This document shows, in pieces, positions 43,801-53,900 of a stretch of DNA of 59,163 bases. Position 1 is the first letter of the stretch. Every line of letters starts with the position of its first letter. The notes below the pieces were generated by a model. It was not told the origin of the DNA, did not search any database, and saw only the letters and a list, made by a program, of their open reading frames with translations. Position numbers and translations under genes: made by a program. This stretch comes from a virus, in IMG/VR virus record IMGVR_UViG_3300036770_001786, positions 1 through 59,163 of that record. One strand, written 5' to 3'.

Positions 43801-45020
43801 CAAGACGCGTTATAATCATTAATCGCTTGGTTTAAGTCGGGACGAAGCGCATCGGCCATAGCCTGATTGTCCGCAACGAGTTTCTGTTTCTGAGCTATCT
43901 TGTCTTCGCCGTAATAATCCCAGACGTGCTGGTTCATAGCAATATATTTATGCCATTCGGGATCGTTAAGGTCTTTGTTATGTTGGTCAGCACGCCTTTG
44001 GTATAATGAATAATCTTTATTTATACTATTATATCGATTTTGATAAGCCGTGAAGTTCTGTATATCCTGTTTATTGGCAGCAACGAGTGAGTTTACTTTT
44101 TCTGCAGCTTCGTCCGTTCGAGCCTTCATGGCCTCGAATTCTCGATGCTGATTACCGGCAAAATACAAATCGTCTTTTAGACTCTTATCTTGCATCTTTT
44201 GCGCCATGATCTCGCCCGTGGTCCGGGCAAGACTGGCCACAACCGCGTCACTCACATCCCGATCGAGTACCTTTGCTACCAGTGCCGAATTCGCGGCTCC
44301 AACCACGTATCGAGCGAAGTTCGGATCCTTTTCAATAGCTTTAGCTAATTCGGGAGATTGACTGATCGCTTTGGACACAATCCCAGTCGATTGTACTAAC
44401 GCCGTGAGTGCAGCCTCAGGTACGTCCTGTCCTAATACCGCCGCCTGTGCGGTCGAAGTCAAAACGCTTTGAACCGGCTGCGGGAGCTTTTTAAAGTCAG
44501 CGGACTGACCCAGCGCGAATGGAATTGACTGTGCGGCACCGAGAAGTAATGCTTGATCGATTGGCTTTTGAGTGATAGCAGCTTCAACCGCTCGACCCGC
44601 CATGTTACCTGCGAGTGTACCGAGGACTGTAGGTGCCACCCCCGCGCCAAGCGTTGCACCCGCTCCAGCTGCTGCAGTCACCCCTGCCGCACTCCCCGCA
44701 CCGGCGGTGATCCCGGTCGTACCGGCGGCGCCGGCAGAGATTCCTGTCCCTAGGGTGGACCCGGTGGCCGAACTCACCGAGCTTGTGACGGCGCTGGACA
44801 CCATGCTCCCGACATGGGCACCCACACCTGATAAGACCGCACTTTTAAGAACGTCCCCGGCATCCCCACCCTGCACGGCGGTCAACGTACCGGCAATCAC
44901 CGCAGTACCCACCGCTGTTGCGGCGCCTGCGAGTATGGTACCACCCACGATCGCTGTGCCAATCGCAGTGGCAGCTCCACCGGCTACTGCAGCGCCTATG
45001 ATAATTGGGGCGGCGGGCAT
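40809..45020 (-). CDS. Giant (1,403 aa) virion protein
   Basis: Glycine-zipper membrane-like N-terminus (IIIGAAVAGGAATAIGTAIVGGTILAGAATAVGTAVIAG...), a low-GC central domain, (Gly-Thr)n and Pro/Thr linkers, and C-terminal DDLIPAQLADGEYVLDAEIVAALG. Confidence 0.7.
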   Translation of the reverse strand: MPAAPIIIGAAVAGGAATAIGTAIVGGTILAGAATAVGTAVIAGTLTAVQGGDAGDVLKSAVLSGVGAHVGSMVSSAVTSSVSSATGSTLGTGISAGAAGTTGITAGAGSAAGVTAAAGAGATLGAGVAPTVLGTLAGNMAGRAVEAAITQKPIDQALLLGAAQSIPFALGQSADFKKLPQPVQSVLTSTAQAAVLGQDVPEAALTALVQSTGIVSKAISQSPELAKAIEKDPNFARYVVGAANSALVAKVLDRDVSDAVVASLARTTGEIMAQKMQDKSLKDDLYFAGNQHREFEAMKARTDEAAEKVNSLVAANKQDIQNFTAYQNRYNSINKDYSLYQRRADQHNKDLNDPEWHKYIAMNQHVWDYYGEDKIAQKQKLVADNQAMADALRPDLNQAINDYNASWQTLEDKGFWDEYNAAKGQFDAYNTELEAVWKMTEPYYDLIAEEGMEIYNLTEDALVTAIQAIDPREMIGEDLSKSDVAVQAYLESITSGAPLSVAYQAAENAFQRDQDYTERRDRLVSSGVDVNQPMWMNNSVTITPDLVQTDAEGNKTKLTPEEFERITGSDYNQMVAGFTAARDKSSPLFDASTGGTKTYDWGNRSIREYSDGDVYYIDSAYPQGRKMSYQEYELVTGSKHRNAPYSIIEVGYGDPALEKLIGAVAQTPTTDSDLLSKIEEVAARPDIELPKDPYQLVQATTPGGEQMLPPIVVTPDISKLVAPTIGETMYKEEQNVVIRPDPNLPPEGQFEPFEVSYRYVNGYKSDGTPYRYMIEYSPMYGITYYDIENAGEIITERQAESDRVTGFDSSGVIRSNVPATLPPIDSGTGAGTGTGTGAGTGTGTGATGAGTGAPPPVDSSPVAETTTPPSYTTLFNFLTSGEGGPEGQNRAIFNPAGGMGAGNPQETTWSLVARASQTGTNDVVDVGGKIYSLLLLPDRQVLVPKTPEPVPTYIELYQDPATKTTVMQEVDASKAPPDIAKEIAKKEGETSGGAAAGAEGSAGGREGTPGDATPSPGTQVSEPSTTTPQADLTTPEIAGTPTTTPSVPQTSGTTSTSTTTGPSTDTGSNLPLTTTPAPEVPTAQPSAPPSSPTSTAGEPGTPSGSPTGTGAPSAGGFGTGEQPGGGESGTVPGGGEGTGTPGGTGEGTARGDEGTGTGTGTEGEGIGTGGTGTGTGEGEGEGTGEGGGTPVTTSSSRTFMNMLGLGALGAAAASGDYKPTTPGETWLGGLFRTAPDTTAGFRRLLGLEPEAQEASVYSALQRASGVPDNLASPASFYSYGKETSPADTFKFYRRGGTVQDDPPSDKMPMSPLLMSHGDIPHKGSHYVNGAGGGQDDLIPAQLADGEYVLDAEIVAALGDGSSKEGAKKLDKFREAIRRHKRSGSLKDIPPKAKSPLAYLRSVK
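41440..41990. repeat. Low-complexity coding tract (Gly/Thr/Glu then Pro/Thr/Ser rich) inside the 1,403-aa gene
   Basis: ...GTGTGTGTEGEGIGTGGTGTGTGEGEGEGTGEGGG... and TPSVPQTSGTTSTSTTTGPS... Confidence 0.8.
42455..42548. repeat. Imperfect hexanucleotide (GGN-ACN)n tract encoding SGTGAGTGTGTGAGTGTGTGATGAGTG
   Basis: Read directly from the sequence. Possible slippage-prone linker. Confidence 0.75.
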
Positions 45021-45021
45021 C

Positions 45022-45444
45022 TTAGAACTCCACTATGTAAACGTACATGGGTTTACCATCGATCTCTTCGACTAGTTCTTTATACGGGAGTCGCGTTTGT
45101 CTAGCGATTCGTGCGAACCGCCGATCTTCCGTGTAGGTGTAGGCGAGCTTGACGCCGATCTCTTTTAGATATTCGGCGAGCTTCTTGAAGCCTTTCACCA
45201 TATTGGCGGGAATCAGATCAGCAGCCATCGTATGAACCTCGACCGCACCCTTACCCCGAACCAGAATCAGAAACACAATGTTATCGATATTTATGAGTTT
45301 AGCTCCAGGATCTTGCACCACGGTGGCTAACTTTTTCATCATTACGTCGGCTTCTTGCTGATCCCCACCGGTTTCTCGAAGAAAATACTTATTCAGCACG
45401 CTGAGCAACCGGCGCTCCTGGCCCTGGAAATCGTCAAATTTCAT
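45022..45444 (-). CDS. Hypothetical virion-module protein (140 aa)
   Basis: ORF packed between neighbouring genes. No motif I can name with confidence. Confidence 0.7.
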   Translation of the reverse strand: MKFDDFQGQERRLLSVLNKYFLRETGGDQQEADVMMKKLATVVQDPGAKLINIDNIVFLILVRGKGAVEVHTMAADLIPANMVKGFKKLAEYLKEIGVKLAYTYTEDRRFARIARQTRLPYKELVEEIDGKPMYVYIVEF

Positions 45445-45704
45445 GACCCTACCACCTGAGGGTTAATAGAAGCGAGTAATGCCGAGGCCCAATCAAACCA
45501 ATTATCGTAGGGATCAGGACCGGGAATGGCCTCGTTTGTAAAGACGTCAATCGCCTTCAAGCCGGCACCCCACTCCTTCCAATCGGTCTGTGGTGTCGGG
45601 ATCGAGAGCTGATTCGCCGCGTACTGTTCGACCATTAACGATGCCCAAGACTCGAAGGTGTGGAATCGAGGATCGTATACCAGTGGAGGGGAAATCGTAG
45701 ACAT
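45441..45704 (-). CDS. Hypothetical protein (87 aa, Trp-rich)
   Basis: ORF overlaps both neighbours (1 nt with 45704..47926 upstream, 4 nt with 45022..45444 downstream). Confidence 0.65.
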   Translation of the reverse strand: MSTISPPLVYDPRFHTFESWASLMVEQYAANQLSIPTPQTDWKEWGAGLKAIDVFTNEAIPGPDPYDNWFDWASALLASINPQVVGS

Positions 45705-47926
45705 TAATATCCTCGGACGTCGCCAACCGTAGCGTTGAGGAGCACGCGGCCCAATTGGTAATTACCACCGGCCTCATCTGATTCGAACCTTAGACGAAGC
45801 TCCCGCCGCTGCTCTTTCATATCGATCTTGTTCGTATTTGGTCCGAAGATGTACGGACTTGAAGTGTCGTCTTGGGATTGAGCATACGGGCGCCCGGTGA
45901 CATAGAGTTTCATGTTCCCGGACATCAAAAAGTCAGGTTCAACCCGTTCTAAACGCAACCACCGATTAAGCCCTTCCATAGAAGGTTGTGCCGGTCCACC
46001 AGTCACCAACCCGAGATCACTGGTCTCGAAGTATGACTGGATGGCCAACGTATTCTGTCCGTCTACTTCATCGGTACCAATCTCGTGCTGGTAGATTTTA
46101 ACTAGATCACCCTGGGTGCGGAAAGCTAATATGTCGGTGCCAGAAGAGGTGGCGTTGTCATCCATGACAATATTCTGCACAAAAATTGTGTCCACGTCAA
46201 TGCTGAATCCTGTGCCACCACCAATGTCCGCATCATCAACCGCGATCGTATCACCGACTTGGTACCCAGATCCGGGGTTAACGATTGTAACGACCGTGAC
46301 CACACCCCCTGCGACCGTAATATCTACCGTGGCACCACCACCAGATCCACCCGTGACATCGACTCCAGAATAAGTGTTGTCCGCATACCCAGACCCCGGT
46401 ACAAGGTTAGTCAGGGCATTGATAGCACTGGTCTGAATTTCTAACACTTGCGTGCCAGCCGGGATGCCGGGGCCTACGATCACCTGCCCCACCTGCACCT
46501 GATTATTGTAGGTGTTTGATGGCAGATAAGGACTGCCGTTGGTCGTGGTGTAGCTTTCTGTGAAAACGATCTCGGAGACCGACGCCGGCCAAGTAGCTGC
46601 TATCGGGTAGGCGAACACCTGCGAGAAGTAACCCGCCGTCCGGCGTGAGCCGAGTGCTTCCCCCGCATCATACCAAGTATTCTCACGCACATTATAAATG
46701 ATGGCGTCGTTGCACTCTGTGGAGTCACCTCGGGGGTAATACCACCAGATCTCGCCATAGCGCGGGACCTTCTGCGCCCAGACCTTCTGTCGCTGATTGT
46801 AGTTTAAATTATCGAAGAACCAGTTCTGATTCATCGAATTCGGAATTTCTTTAACCGTACCATTGTAAAGCAAGAATCGGTCAACACCACACCAATAGTA
46901 TATACCGTCATACTCGATGACGCATTGCGAGGACATGATCGAGGTCTGGCTTGAAATAATATCATATCGCCAGAAAGTCGGAGGCGCGAAGTTGGCGGTC
47001 CCGGGGATCCCGAGCGACTGAGGCGCATAGGAGACCCGCACTAAACTATCGAGGCTCCAAAAAAGGCCGCTAGGGCTGTTAGAACCACCCCGCACCGGGA
47101 GACCTTGAACGATCTTGCCGGTGGCTACATTTACCTCGTTCGCGTCCGCAGACACCCAATCCTGGGCGTTACCCGCTGAACAATTCTTAAGTAACCCGTT
47201 ATTACCATAGACGAATACATAAGGGTGCAGCACTACCACACCGCCCGACACTGATACGTTATTATTGAACGTAGCGGTAACTGTACCTGCGGAGACCGAA
47301 TTTGAGAGTTCAATGGTGGTGCCGGTTACAGACACCACCGTGGTGTTCGCCGGGACTCCAGCGCCTGTTACCGTCTGTCCCGCAGCGATGAGCACATTTA
47401 TCGCGGCTATGGTAACGGTAGTCGTGCCCGTAGCAGTGATGGTATCGGTGAAAACGCCGATTTGACTCATCGTGGTGCCATTAATGTCACCTATGAGCAC
47501 CGGAGTGTCGGTGGTGTCATCGATCGAGGCAAGATTCTGCCCCGGATGCGCAACAAGGCTCTGAACACCCGACCCACTAACGTCGAAGAATCCGTCGAAT
47601 TGCCAGAGATTCAGATTTGAAGCCGTAAAATCATTAAGCGTAAAGTCCTGGATGCCGGCACCAATCCCGTTATCATCAATGGTCAGCACCTGCAGACCAT
47701 TGTTGTAGCCACTGAAGATCTGTGTGAAATTGTTCTGGCTGTTTATCCAGATACCACGACTCGGACCTTTAAGCTCATCGGAGATTACTTTAAATCCACC
47801 CATCTTGCGAGGGCGACCGCGTTGGAACCGGACCCACCGACCATCGTTATAATACTGCTTATCGAGGACCGTCCCGTCACGCTGGATTCCGGCCTGCGTG
47901 TCGATTGAAAAGACTTTTTCGGTCAT
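45704..47926 (-). CDS. Tail nozzle / tubular-protein-B-like protein (740 aa)
   Basis: An N-terminus like SIDTQAGIQRDGTVLDKQYYNDGRWVRFQRGRPRKMGGF is a pattern I associate with podovirus nozzle proteins. It has internal G-x-G-(V/I)-P-A-(N/G)-T repeats. TAATG coupling with the upstream gene. Confidence 0.55.
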   Translation of the reverse strand: MTEKVFSIDTQAGIQRDGTVLDKQYYNDGRWVRFQRGRPRKMGGFKVISDELKGPSRGIWINSQNNFTQIFSGYNNGLQVLTIDDNGIGAGIQDFTLNDFTASNLNLWQFDGFFDVSGSGVQSLVAHPGQNLASIDDTTDTPVLIGDINGTTMSQIGVFTDTITATGTTTVTIAAINVLIAAGQTVTGAGVPANTTVVSVTGTTIELSNSVSAGTVTATFNNNVSVSGGVVVLHPYVFVYGNNGLLKNCSAGNAQDWVSADANEVNVATGKIVQGLPVRGGSNSPSGLFWSLDSLVRVSYAPQSLGIPGTANFAPPTFWRYDIISSQTSIMSSQCVIEYDGIYYWCGVDRFLLYNGTVKEIPNSMNQNWFFDNLNYNQRQKVWAQKVPRYGEIWWYYPRGDSTECNDAIIYNVRENTWYDAGEALGSRRTAGYFSQVFAYPIAATWPASVSEIVFTESYTTTNGSPYLPSNTYNNQVQVGQVIVGPGIPAGTQVLEIQTSAINALTNLVPGSGYADNTYSGVDVTGGSGGGATVDITVAGGVVTVVTIVNPGSGYQVGDTIAVDDADIGGGTGFSIDVDTIFVQNIVMDDNATSSGTDILAFRTQGDLVKIYQHEIGTDEVDGQNTLAIQSYFETSDLGLVTGGPAQPSMEGLNRWLRLERVEPDFLMSGNMKLYVTGRPYAQSQDDTSSPYIFGPNTNKIDMKEQRRELRLRFESDEAGGNYQLGRVLLNATVGDVRGY

Positions 47927-49167
47927 TAGAAGGTTCCACCCGACATGCCTGCGGTAAACGTTCCGGTTCCAGTTATAGTCAGACCTAAGTTAGTAAGACC
48001 AAATCTCTGGGATCCGTTGATCGCGATCCCGAATTCAAACGATCCTGGTCTGTAAATGCCAGTATTGGTCTCGGCAGCGAAGTTAAGCGAGGGGGTGCTG
48101 GCCGACCCATCGACCAGAGACAAAGAAGTAGCACCGGCTGCGACCGTGGAGGCATTAAGAATATTGACCGAATCACATAACAGGATCACCTGTTCACCAG
48201 CAGGCACGGTAGCAGTCGCACCCCCCGGAACTCCCGTCTCGAAGGTTATGTCATAGTTAGCCCCCGTCCCATCCGTTTGATTAGTTACATAGTATACTTG
48301 GATGGTGGGTGGAATCTGAATTGTGACATTCCCGGAAAGGGTTCCCGTATATTTCTGAATCACATTGGACGCCTCCGAGGACGTTAACACCACCGTACCG
48401 GAGGTCACCGCCTTGGTAAGCTGCGTAAAGTTAAATTGTGTAGACCTACCCAGACCTATTGTGAAAAAGGCCGTTCCGGAGCATGTTAAAAAGCACGAGT
48501 CCGCCGGCTGTAGCGCAATCGTAGCAGATCCGTTGATGAGGTCGCCACCAGTTGGGGATATCGTAAGGGTGCCGGTGCCACCATTCCGGACTACCATGAA
48601 CCAGTCATTTCCAAGGGTCGGAGCTGACGTAAGCGTGAGTGTCCCGGCACCACCGGTCCATATGTAGGTTTCAGCCCGGTCAGTTGCTATAGCGGTGTAA
48701 TTAGATCCGAAAGAGGTAACGCTGAATGCAGTGTTAAGGGTCGTCGCGATAGCTTTGAGGCCATTTCCCGCTAGGGCTGCAGCATCCACGTTTGATGCAC
48801 CGACACCAAAAGAGATTAGTCCCCAAGTTCCTGCTGTATTTGCGTTGGTGGTGATGTAGATGTATTTGGCTTGCCCCGCAGCAACAGTCGCTATCGTGTT
48901 GCCATCATAATCTGCTACGGTGAAAGTGTTGGCCCCCACGTTTCGGATTAGAGCGTCCTCACCCACTGAGGCTTGGTTCGCGGGCGGCATCCGCAAGGTA
49001 AGACTACCTGCGGTAGCAGTTACATTCATTATTCGAGCGGCATAATCGTCTGTAGCACTGCCGTTGATCGGCCAGCTCAATGCAGTATTAGCTGATAATG
49101 TGATGGCTCGAAAACTTACGTCCGTCGGTTGAATGACGGTGCCAGTAAAAGGAGAAATATAGCTCAT
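47926..49167 (-). CDS. Tail fibre/tail-associated beta-rich protein ending SGGTF
   Basis: 413 aa, Thr/Gly/Ala/Asn rich. C-terminal GSASTPSLNFAAETNTGIYRPG...GMSGGTF. Confidence 0.6.
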   Translation of the reverse strand: MSYISPFTGTVIQPTDVSFRAITLSANTALSWPINGSATDDYAARIMNVTATAGSLTLRMPPANQASVGEDALIRNVGANTFTVADYDGNTIATVAAGQAKYIYITTNANTAGTWGLISFGVGASNVDAAALAGNGLKAIATTLNTAFSVTSFGSNYTAIATDRAETYIWTGGAGTLTLTSAPTLGNDWFMVVRNGGTGTLTISPTGGDLINGSATIALQPADSCFLTCSGTAFFTIGLGRSTQFNFTQLTKAVTSGTVVLTSSEASNVIQKYTGTLSGNVTIQIPPTIQVYYVTNQTDGTGANYDITFETGVPGGATATVPAGEQVILLCDSVNILNASTVAAGATSLSLVDGSASTPSLNFAAETNTGIYRPGSFEFGIAINGSQRFGLTNLGLTITGTGTFTAGMSGGTF

Positions 49168-49799
49168 GAGTCCACCGCGATAGCTTGACGATCGGCGATC
49201 CGGAGATTATCCTCGGTCTTGAGCGACGTCATAATGATGTCGTACTCGGACCTCCACATCGGAATCCGCTCGTCGTTTTTGAGGAAGGGCATCGCCTGCA
49301 GCAAAGAGCCATAGAGCAAAGCCTGGGGTGCATACTGAGTAAACCAATTACTCTGGTTCGACGAATCTAACGGCTGAACCCTTTGATAATACAGGATCTC
49401 GAAATTGTAGTCATCGTCCGGTGTCGGGCCAACCAACCAGTGATCATAGTCATAATCACAGAAGAACTTTGGCACACTCGTCTGTGCGGGGTCCGGCCAA
49501 TATTCGCGAATGTACTCATATTTACGCAACAGCACCGGTTGCCGCACACCGCCGACCGTGATATTAAAAGACACCGTTTTTCTCCACCGGGCAGGTTTAG
49601 GAATTACTGCTTCCCCCTGCACCATTTGGCTCGTGTTTACGGTGAGATTTCCGAGAAATTTAATCTGGGTCGCTATTTGTTGTTCGGCAAGCATTATGAA
49701 CGTCGGAATCTTCTCCAACGTCGCCTGATCGGTGCGCTCAAGATACGATTCAATGTCTTGGACTAGTGAATCGTATGTCATTACCACTGCCGCCGTCAT
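49164..49799 (-). CDS. Putative tail/neck adaptor-like structural protein
   Basis: 211 aa. TYDSLVQDIESYLERTD...FIMLAEQQI resembles connector/adaptor N-termini. Tentative. Confidence 0.5.
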   Translation of the reverse strand: MTAAVVMTYDSLVQDIESYLERTDQATLEKIPTFIMLAEQQIATQIKFLGNLTVNTSQMVQGEAVIPKPARWRKTVSFNITVGGVRQPVLLRKYEYIREYWPDPAQTSVPKFFCDYDYDHWLVGPTPDDDYNFEILYYQRVQPLDSSNQSNWFTQYAPQALLYGSLLQAMPFLKNDERIPMWRSEYDIIMTSLKTEDNLRIADRQAIAVDS

Positions 49800-49807
49800 A
49801 GCGCCAC

Positions 49808-49993
49808 CTAAATTTTAAGTACGATCGTTAAAAGGATCGTGATTATGAAGGCTACCGACCCCATCAGGATCTGCTCGATACGCTTCAGCCGCGAATCAAT
49901 CGACGCATATCGTATTTCGCAAATAGCTTCGTGCTTGTCGATTCGAGCCATGCTCTCCTCGACCATGAGGTTTGTAGTGGTTCCGATTTCCAT
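49808..49993 (-). CDS. Small protein with a C-terminal TM anchor, possibly lysis-associated
   Basis: 61 aa ending MGSVAFIITILLTIVLKI, directly downstream of the endolysin. Confidence 0.55.
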   Translation of the reverse strand: MEIGTTTNLMVEESMARIDKHEAICEIRYASIDSRLKRIEQILMGSVAFIITILLTIVLKI

Positions 49994-50030
49994 TCCGTAT
50001 TTTCCTATCTAAAATATATTTTTGTCAAGT

Positions 50031-50498
50031 CTAGGCCACCAGACCCGGCAAGTACACCGTCTTACCATCCTTCCTCGTCGCAGTGAGCACCTGCTTCTTC
50101 AGATCTTGATCATCATAGCTAACATGAACCCAACCAGAATCAGGTACACCAGGAGTATAAAATTCAAGAATGAGTTGAGTGAACTGAAGATGGTCTCGTA
50201 TATAAGAAGCAAGATCTGCATTGGGGACTCCTGGTATTTCGATGTCTGCGGCCATCCCTCGGCAATGATCCGAGGTCTTAGATCCACCTACCCTGGCGTT
50301 TACTTCAGGTGAACGGTAGCCCGAATTTACCTTTACGCCCTTCTGGTAATGGTCACGGACGGGCTGCAATACGTTTGCACAAAGCTGCAGAAGGTTATTC
50401 AGCTCATCCGGTCCGGGGCTATTCTCCATCCCGTGCCGAAGCGCGGTCTCGGATTTTACCATCTCGGCCAGCGAGAAGTTCTTAGTCAGTTGGGTCAT
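50031..50498 (-). CDS. Endolysin, peptidase M15 (VanY/L-Ala-D-Glu or D-Ala-D-Ala peptidase type)
   Basis: SGYRSPEVNARVGGSKTSDHCRGMAADIE carries the H-x(6)-D Zn motif, with a later H in WVHVSY. Confidence 0.85.
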   Translation of the reverse strand: MTQLTKNFSLAEMVKSETALRHGMENSPGPDELNNLLQLCANVLQPVRDHYQKGVKVNSGYRSPEVNARVGGSKTSDHCRGMAADIEIPGVPNADLASYIRDHLQFTQLILEFYTPGVPDSGWVHVSYDDQDLKKQVLTATRKDGKTVYLPGLVA

Positions 50499-50929
50499 TT
50501 CATCAGATCCTTGATCTTCTGGTCCTTCTCTTTGCTGCCAGCCGACGACCCAAAGTAGTACCCCAGAACCATTGTCACGGCGCTAGTGAGCGCCCCAAGA
50601 ACGTAGATCAGGATGTCTTTTGATTGTTCATCAACGTCTACAAAAATGATCACGGCGTAGAGTAGGAAGGTCAGCGCTACAGTGCCCAGGGCCAGCAGGG
50701 GGGTGACGATCTTGTTGAGAGTCGGTGCAAACTCACTGGTAGCGATCTGCACCTCACGGTCACGAGCCGAGGCCATCTCTTTGGCCTGAAACTCAAGTTC
50801 AGCAAGTTCACCCTTCTGAGCCATTTCCATGAGCTTAGCCTGGGCCTCAGCCTTGGCAGCGGGGTCCGGGATGACCTTATCTAAAACCTTTTCCCCGATT
50901 GATAGAAGGGCGGCGATAGGCAGCATCAT
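50495..50929 (-). CDS. Holin (GTA-type 3-TM holin family)
   Basis: N-terminal LDKVIPDPAAKAEAQAKLMEM, then TM segments (VTPLLALGTVALTFLLYAVIIF, ILIYVLGALTSAVTMVLGYYF). ATGA-coupled to the endolysin. Confidence 0.7.
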   Translation of the reverse strand: MMLPIAALLSIGEKVLDKVIPDPAAKAEAQAKLMEMAQKGELAELEFQAKEMASARDREVQIATSEFAPTLNKIVTPLLALGTVALTFLLYAVIIFVDVDEQSKDILIYVLGALTSAVTMVLGYYFGSSAGSKEKDQKIKDLMK

Positions 50930-50933
50930 TTAC

Positions 50934-53900
50934 TCACATAAATAGCAAGAACATTTCACCAGCACTCACCGGAACCGGTGGTGCCGGGGCAACAGCGAAG
51001 ATAGCCCCGATCTCAGATACGCTGGTTGAATTGGCCCCAACATACCAGACATCGTTGTACGGGAATAACCTCATGCTAGTAAATCGCAAATAATCTAGAT
51101 TTTGAATCGGAAGTGTTGATTTAATTACAAAAACACCAGGATCTCCTAATGACGTACCAATAAAATTAACCACATTTCCAGAGGTTCCGGTTATTGTGAA
51201 GGCATCAACCGTGGTGGTGGTGTTTTGAGGATAAATAGCGTGAGCTACTGTCTTAGTAGACGCTAGTTCCGTAAAGTAGTTGTTGCCACTCAAAATAAAA
51301 TTAGACGTGGTGGTTGTACCACCTATTGTAAGTTTCGGGTACGCAATTGTTATGTTGGCAGCACTACCCGTGAATGTTCTGTTCGACGCAACCGTGCTTG
51401 AGCAAAATATCTCCCCGGAGCCTTTGATTACAGAAAAATTGGTGGAGGTGGACACGTTCCACATGGTTCCGGTAGAAGTCAAATTAAAGACTCCAGACCC
51501 AAAATTGACAGTTCTAGCGGTGGATGTGGTGGAGGTAAATACTGTACACGTTAATGTGTAGCTGGATAAGCTCAATGTGCCGCTATTTAAGGTTATTGTG
51601 TTACTCGATGTCCATGCGCCACTAAGTTGAACGTTTCCATTAATGGAAGTGATGGTCATTGGGAAGGTTACAGTTTTCCCTGCGCTGTCTAGAAACTGAT
51701 TGCCTTGGAATGAAAAGGTTTGAGCAGACGTTCCTGACACCGTAATACCAGAACCCAAAACGATACCGCCATAAACCGTATTGGCCCCGTTAAACGAAAG
51801 AGTAAGCGCAGATGTTCTTGCTGAAGCATCAATTGAACTAATTGCGGTTGTGTAGTTGATGTTATGAGTTCCCGCAGTTGTGCTTTCATCGAATATTGCG
51901 GTGTCTTGCGGCAACGGAAAATTGTCTGTGTTGGCAGATCCACCACTTGACGGTGCCCAGTTATTAGTCAACCAGTTACCGGTTCCAAGACGATATACGT
52001 TCTTAGCGGCGCTCATGGTAATACCGCTATTGCCACCCATGTCTCCAAACCGCGTACCAGAAATCGGGCTTGCCGTTCCAGCAATGGATATGTCCCTGAA
52101 GTTAATGTCCTGAGACGACCCAGCCAATGCGTTTAGCGTAATTGTTCTTTGGGTACCAAGCGTTCCAGATTGAAGAACCGTTCTTCTAATACCACTCGCA
52201 CCAGACGCAGTTAACGTACCACCAATGGTGGTGTTGTTATTGATGTTTAGCGTATTAACCCCATCACCGTTTATGGTTCTGTAGGTTAAGTCATTAAATG
52301 TATTGCCAGCCTGATAAGTATTTTGATTTTGACCATTTATGCTATCAGATCGCGAACTAGATGCTGTTGCATAGGTAAGATTGTAAAAACTCTTGCCATT
52401 CCCATTGAACGTAATGTTCCCGCTGCTTGTAATAGATATTGTCGATGTACCCGCAACAGTGCTTAATGGGTCTGAAGTCAGTATGTTGCTACCAAAATCT
52501 ATAGGAGTACCACCAGATAAAGTGATGGTTCCAGAACCAAAATCAATAATCTTTTTAGTATATCCTGTTGTAGCAGAAATAGCACCGGCTGTCACATTAT
52601 ATGTATCAAAATCTATTGACCCTAATAAAACGACAATACTGCCGGTATTAGTATAAGCCGAAGAAAAAGCCCATTCACCGGTAAATGTACTAACGTTTAA
52701 TGTGCTGGCAAAAGTTACCCCATTTGAGTCAAAAGTATGCCCAGCCGTATATCCATTTAAATTTAATGCGCCCGTAAATGTGCGAGTGATATTTGCGCCA
52801 CCAGCCAACGAGATATCATCGTGAATATACATAGGTTGACTGCCTGCCCATGTGATATTGCCAGTGGCTGGACCGTTTATGGTCAGCTTTTGGCATCTTG
52901 CCCCCAAGGAGCTATCTATGGTCATCGTATAACCGGTAGCATTCGATGAGCTGTCGAACACCACATCATCAAAAGAGGTAGGCTGTGCCTCGCCACCACC
53001 GCCGCCGGAAGACAAAGACCACCGAGCAGAATCTGACCAGTTCCCCGTGCCGCCAACCCAATAAAGAGTTCTAGGAGAAGGAGTGGCAGTAAATACCGCT
53101 CTCGTATTGCCACCACCATCCGTGGAATTAGCGCCCACATAAAATTCTGCAGGAGACAACGTAGATACTGTGCAGTTGATAACGTTTAAATAATCTATTC
53201 CCGACGTGCGCCTGTATAGTAGTAAGTTCCACACCCCACCACTAGCTCTATTTACGGTAACGACGTTACCTGATGTACCGGTAACAGACCACACGCCAAT
53301 GTGATAAGTTGAATTGTTATTAAAAGCAATGGTGTGAGCTACTGTTTTTGTTGATGCAAGCTCACCAATGTATACGGTGTCAGAGGATGCACTGCCCGTA
53401 GAAAAAGTAGTGGTCGATGTAGAAGAAGTTCCACCTATCGTGATTTTTTTGTACGCAGCCCCTCTTGTAAGAAAAGTTCTCGCTGTAGAGGTGTTATTTG
53501 AAAGTAAAAATTCTGTGTTATGGCAAAGTATGTTAGAGGAATCAAATATACCCCCTGAATGCCACACAGTGCCTGTACCCGTTAATGTCCACAAGCCAGT
53601 CCCGCCCTTGACAACACGAACAAACGCCGCGATGCCCGTGGATGTATCAAAATTATTAATCGTTACGTTGTAATTATTGGCATCCATTGTTCCTTGAAAT
53701 AAACTCATTGATTGACCGGCAAATGCATCGCCCAAGACAAAAATTGTACTTTCTGGAGCGTTACTAACCCCACTACCGACAGACAAAGGGAAGCCAGTGG
53801 TAACCCCATTAGAGGTAAATGTTTGAGTTCCTCTTTTAGAAAAAGATATTCCGGCGACAGACACAGTGGATGTAACACCAGTACCCCACGTCCAATTGCC

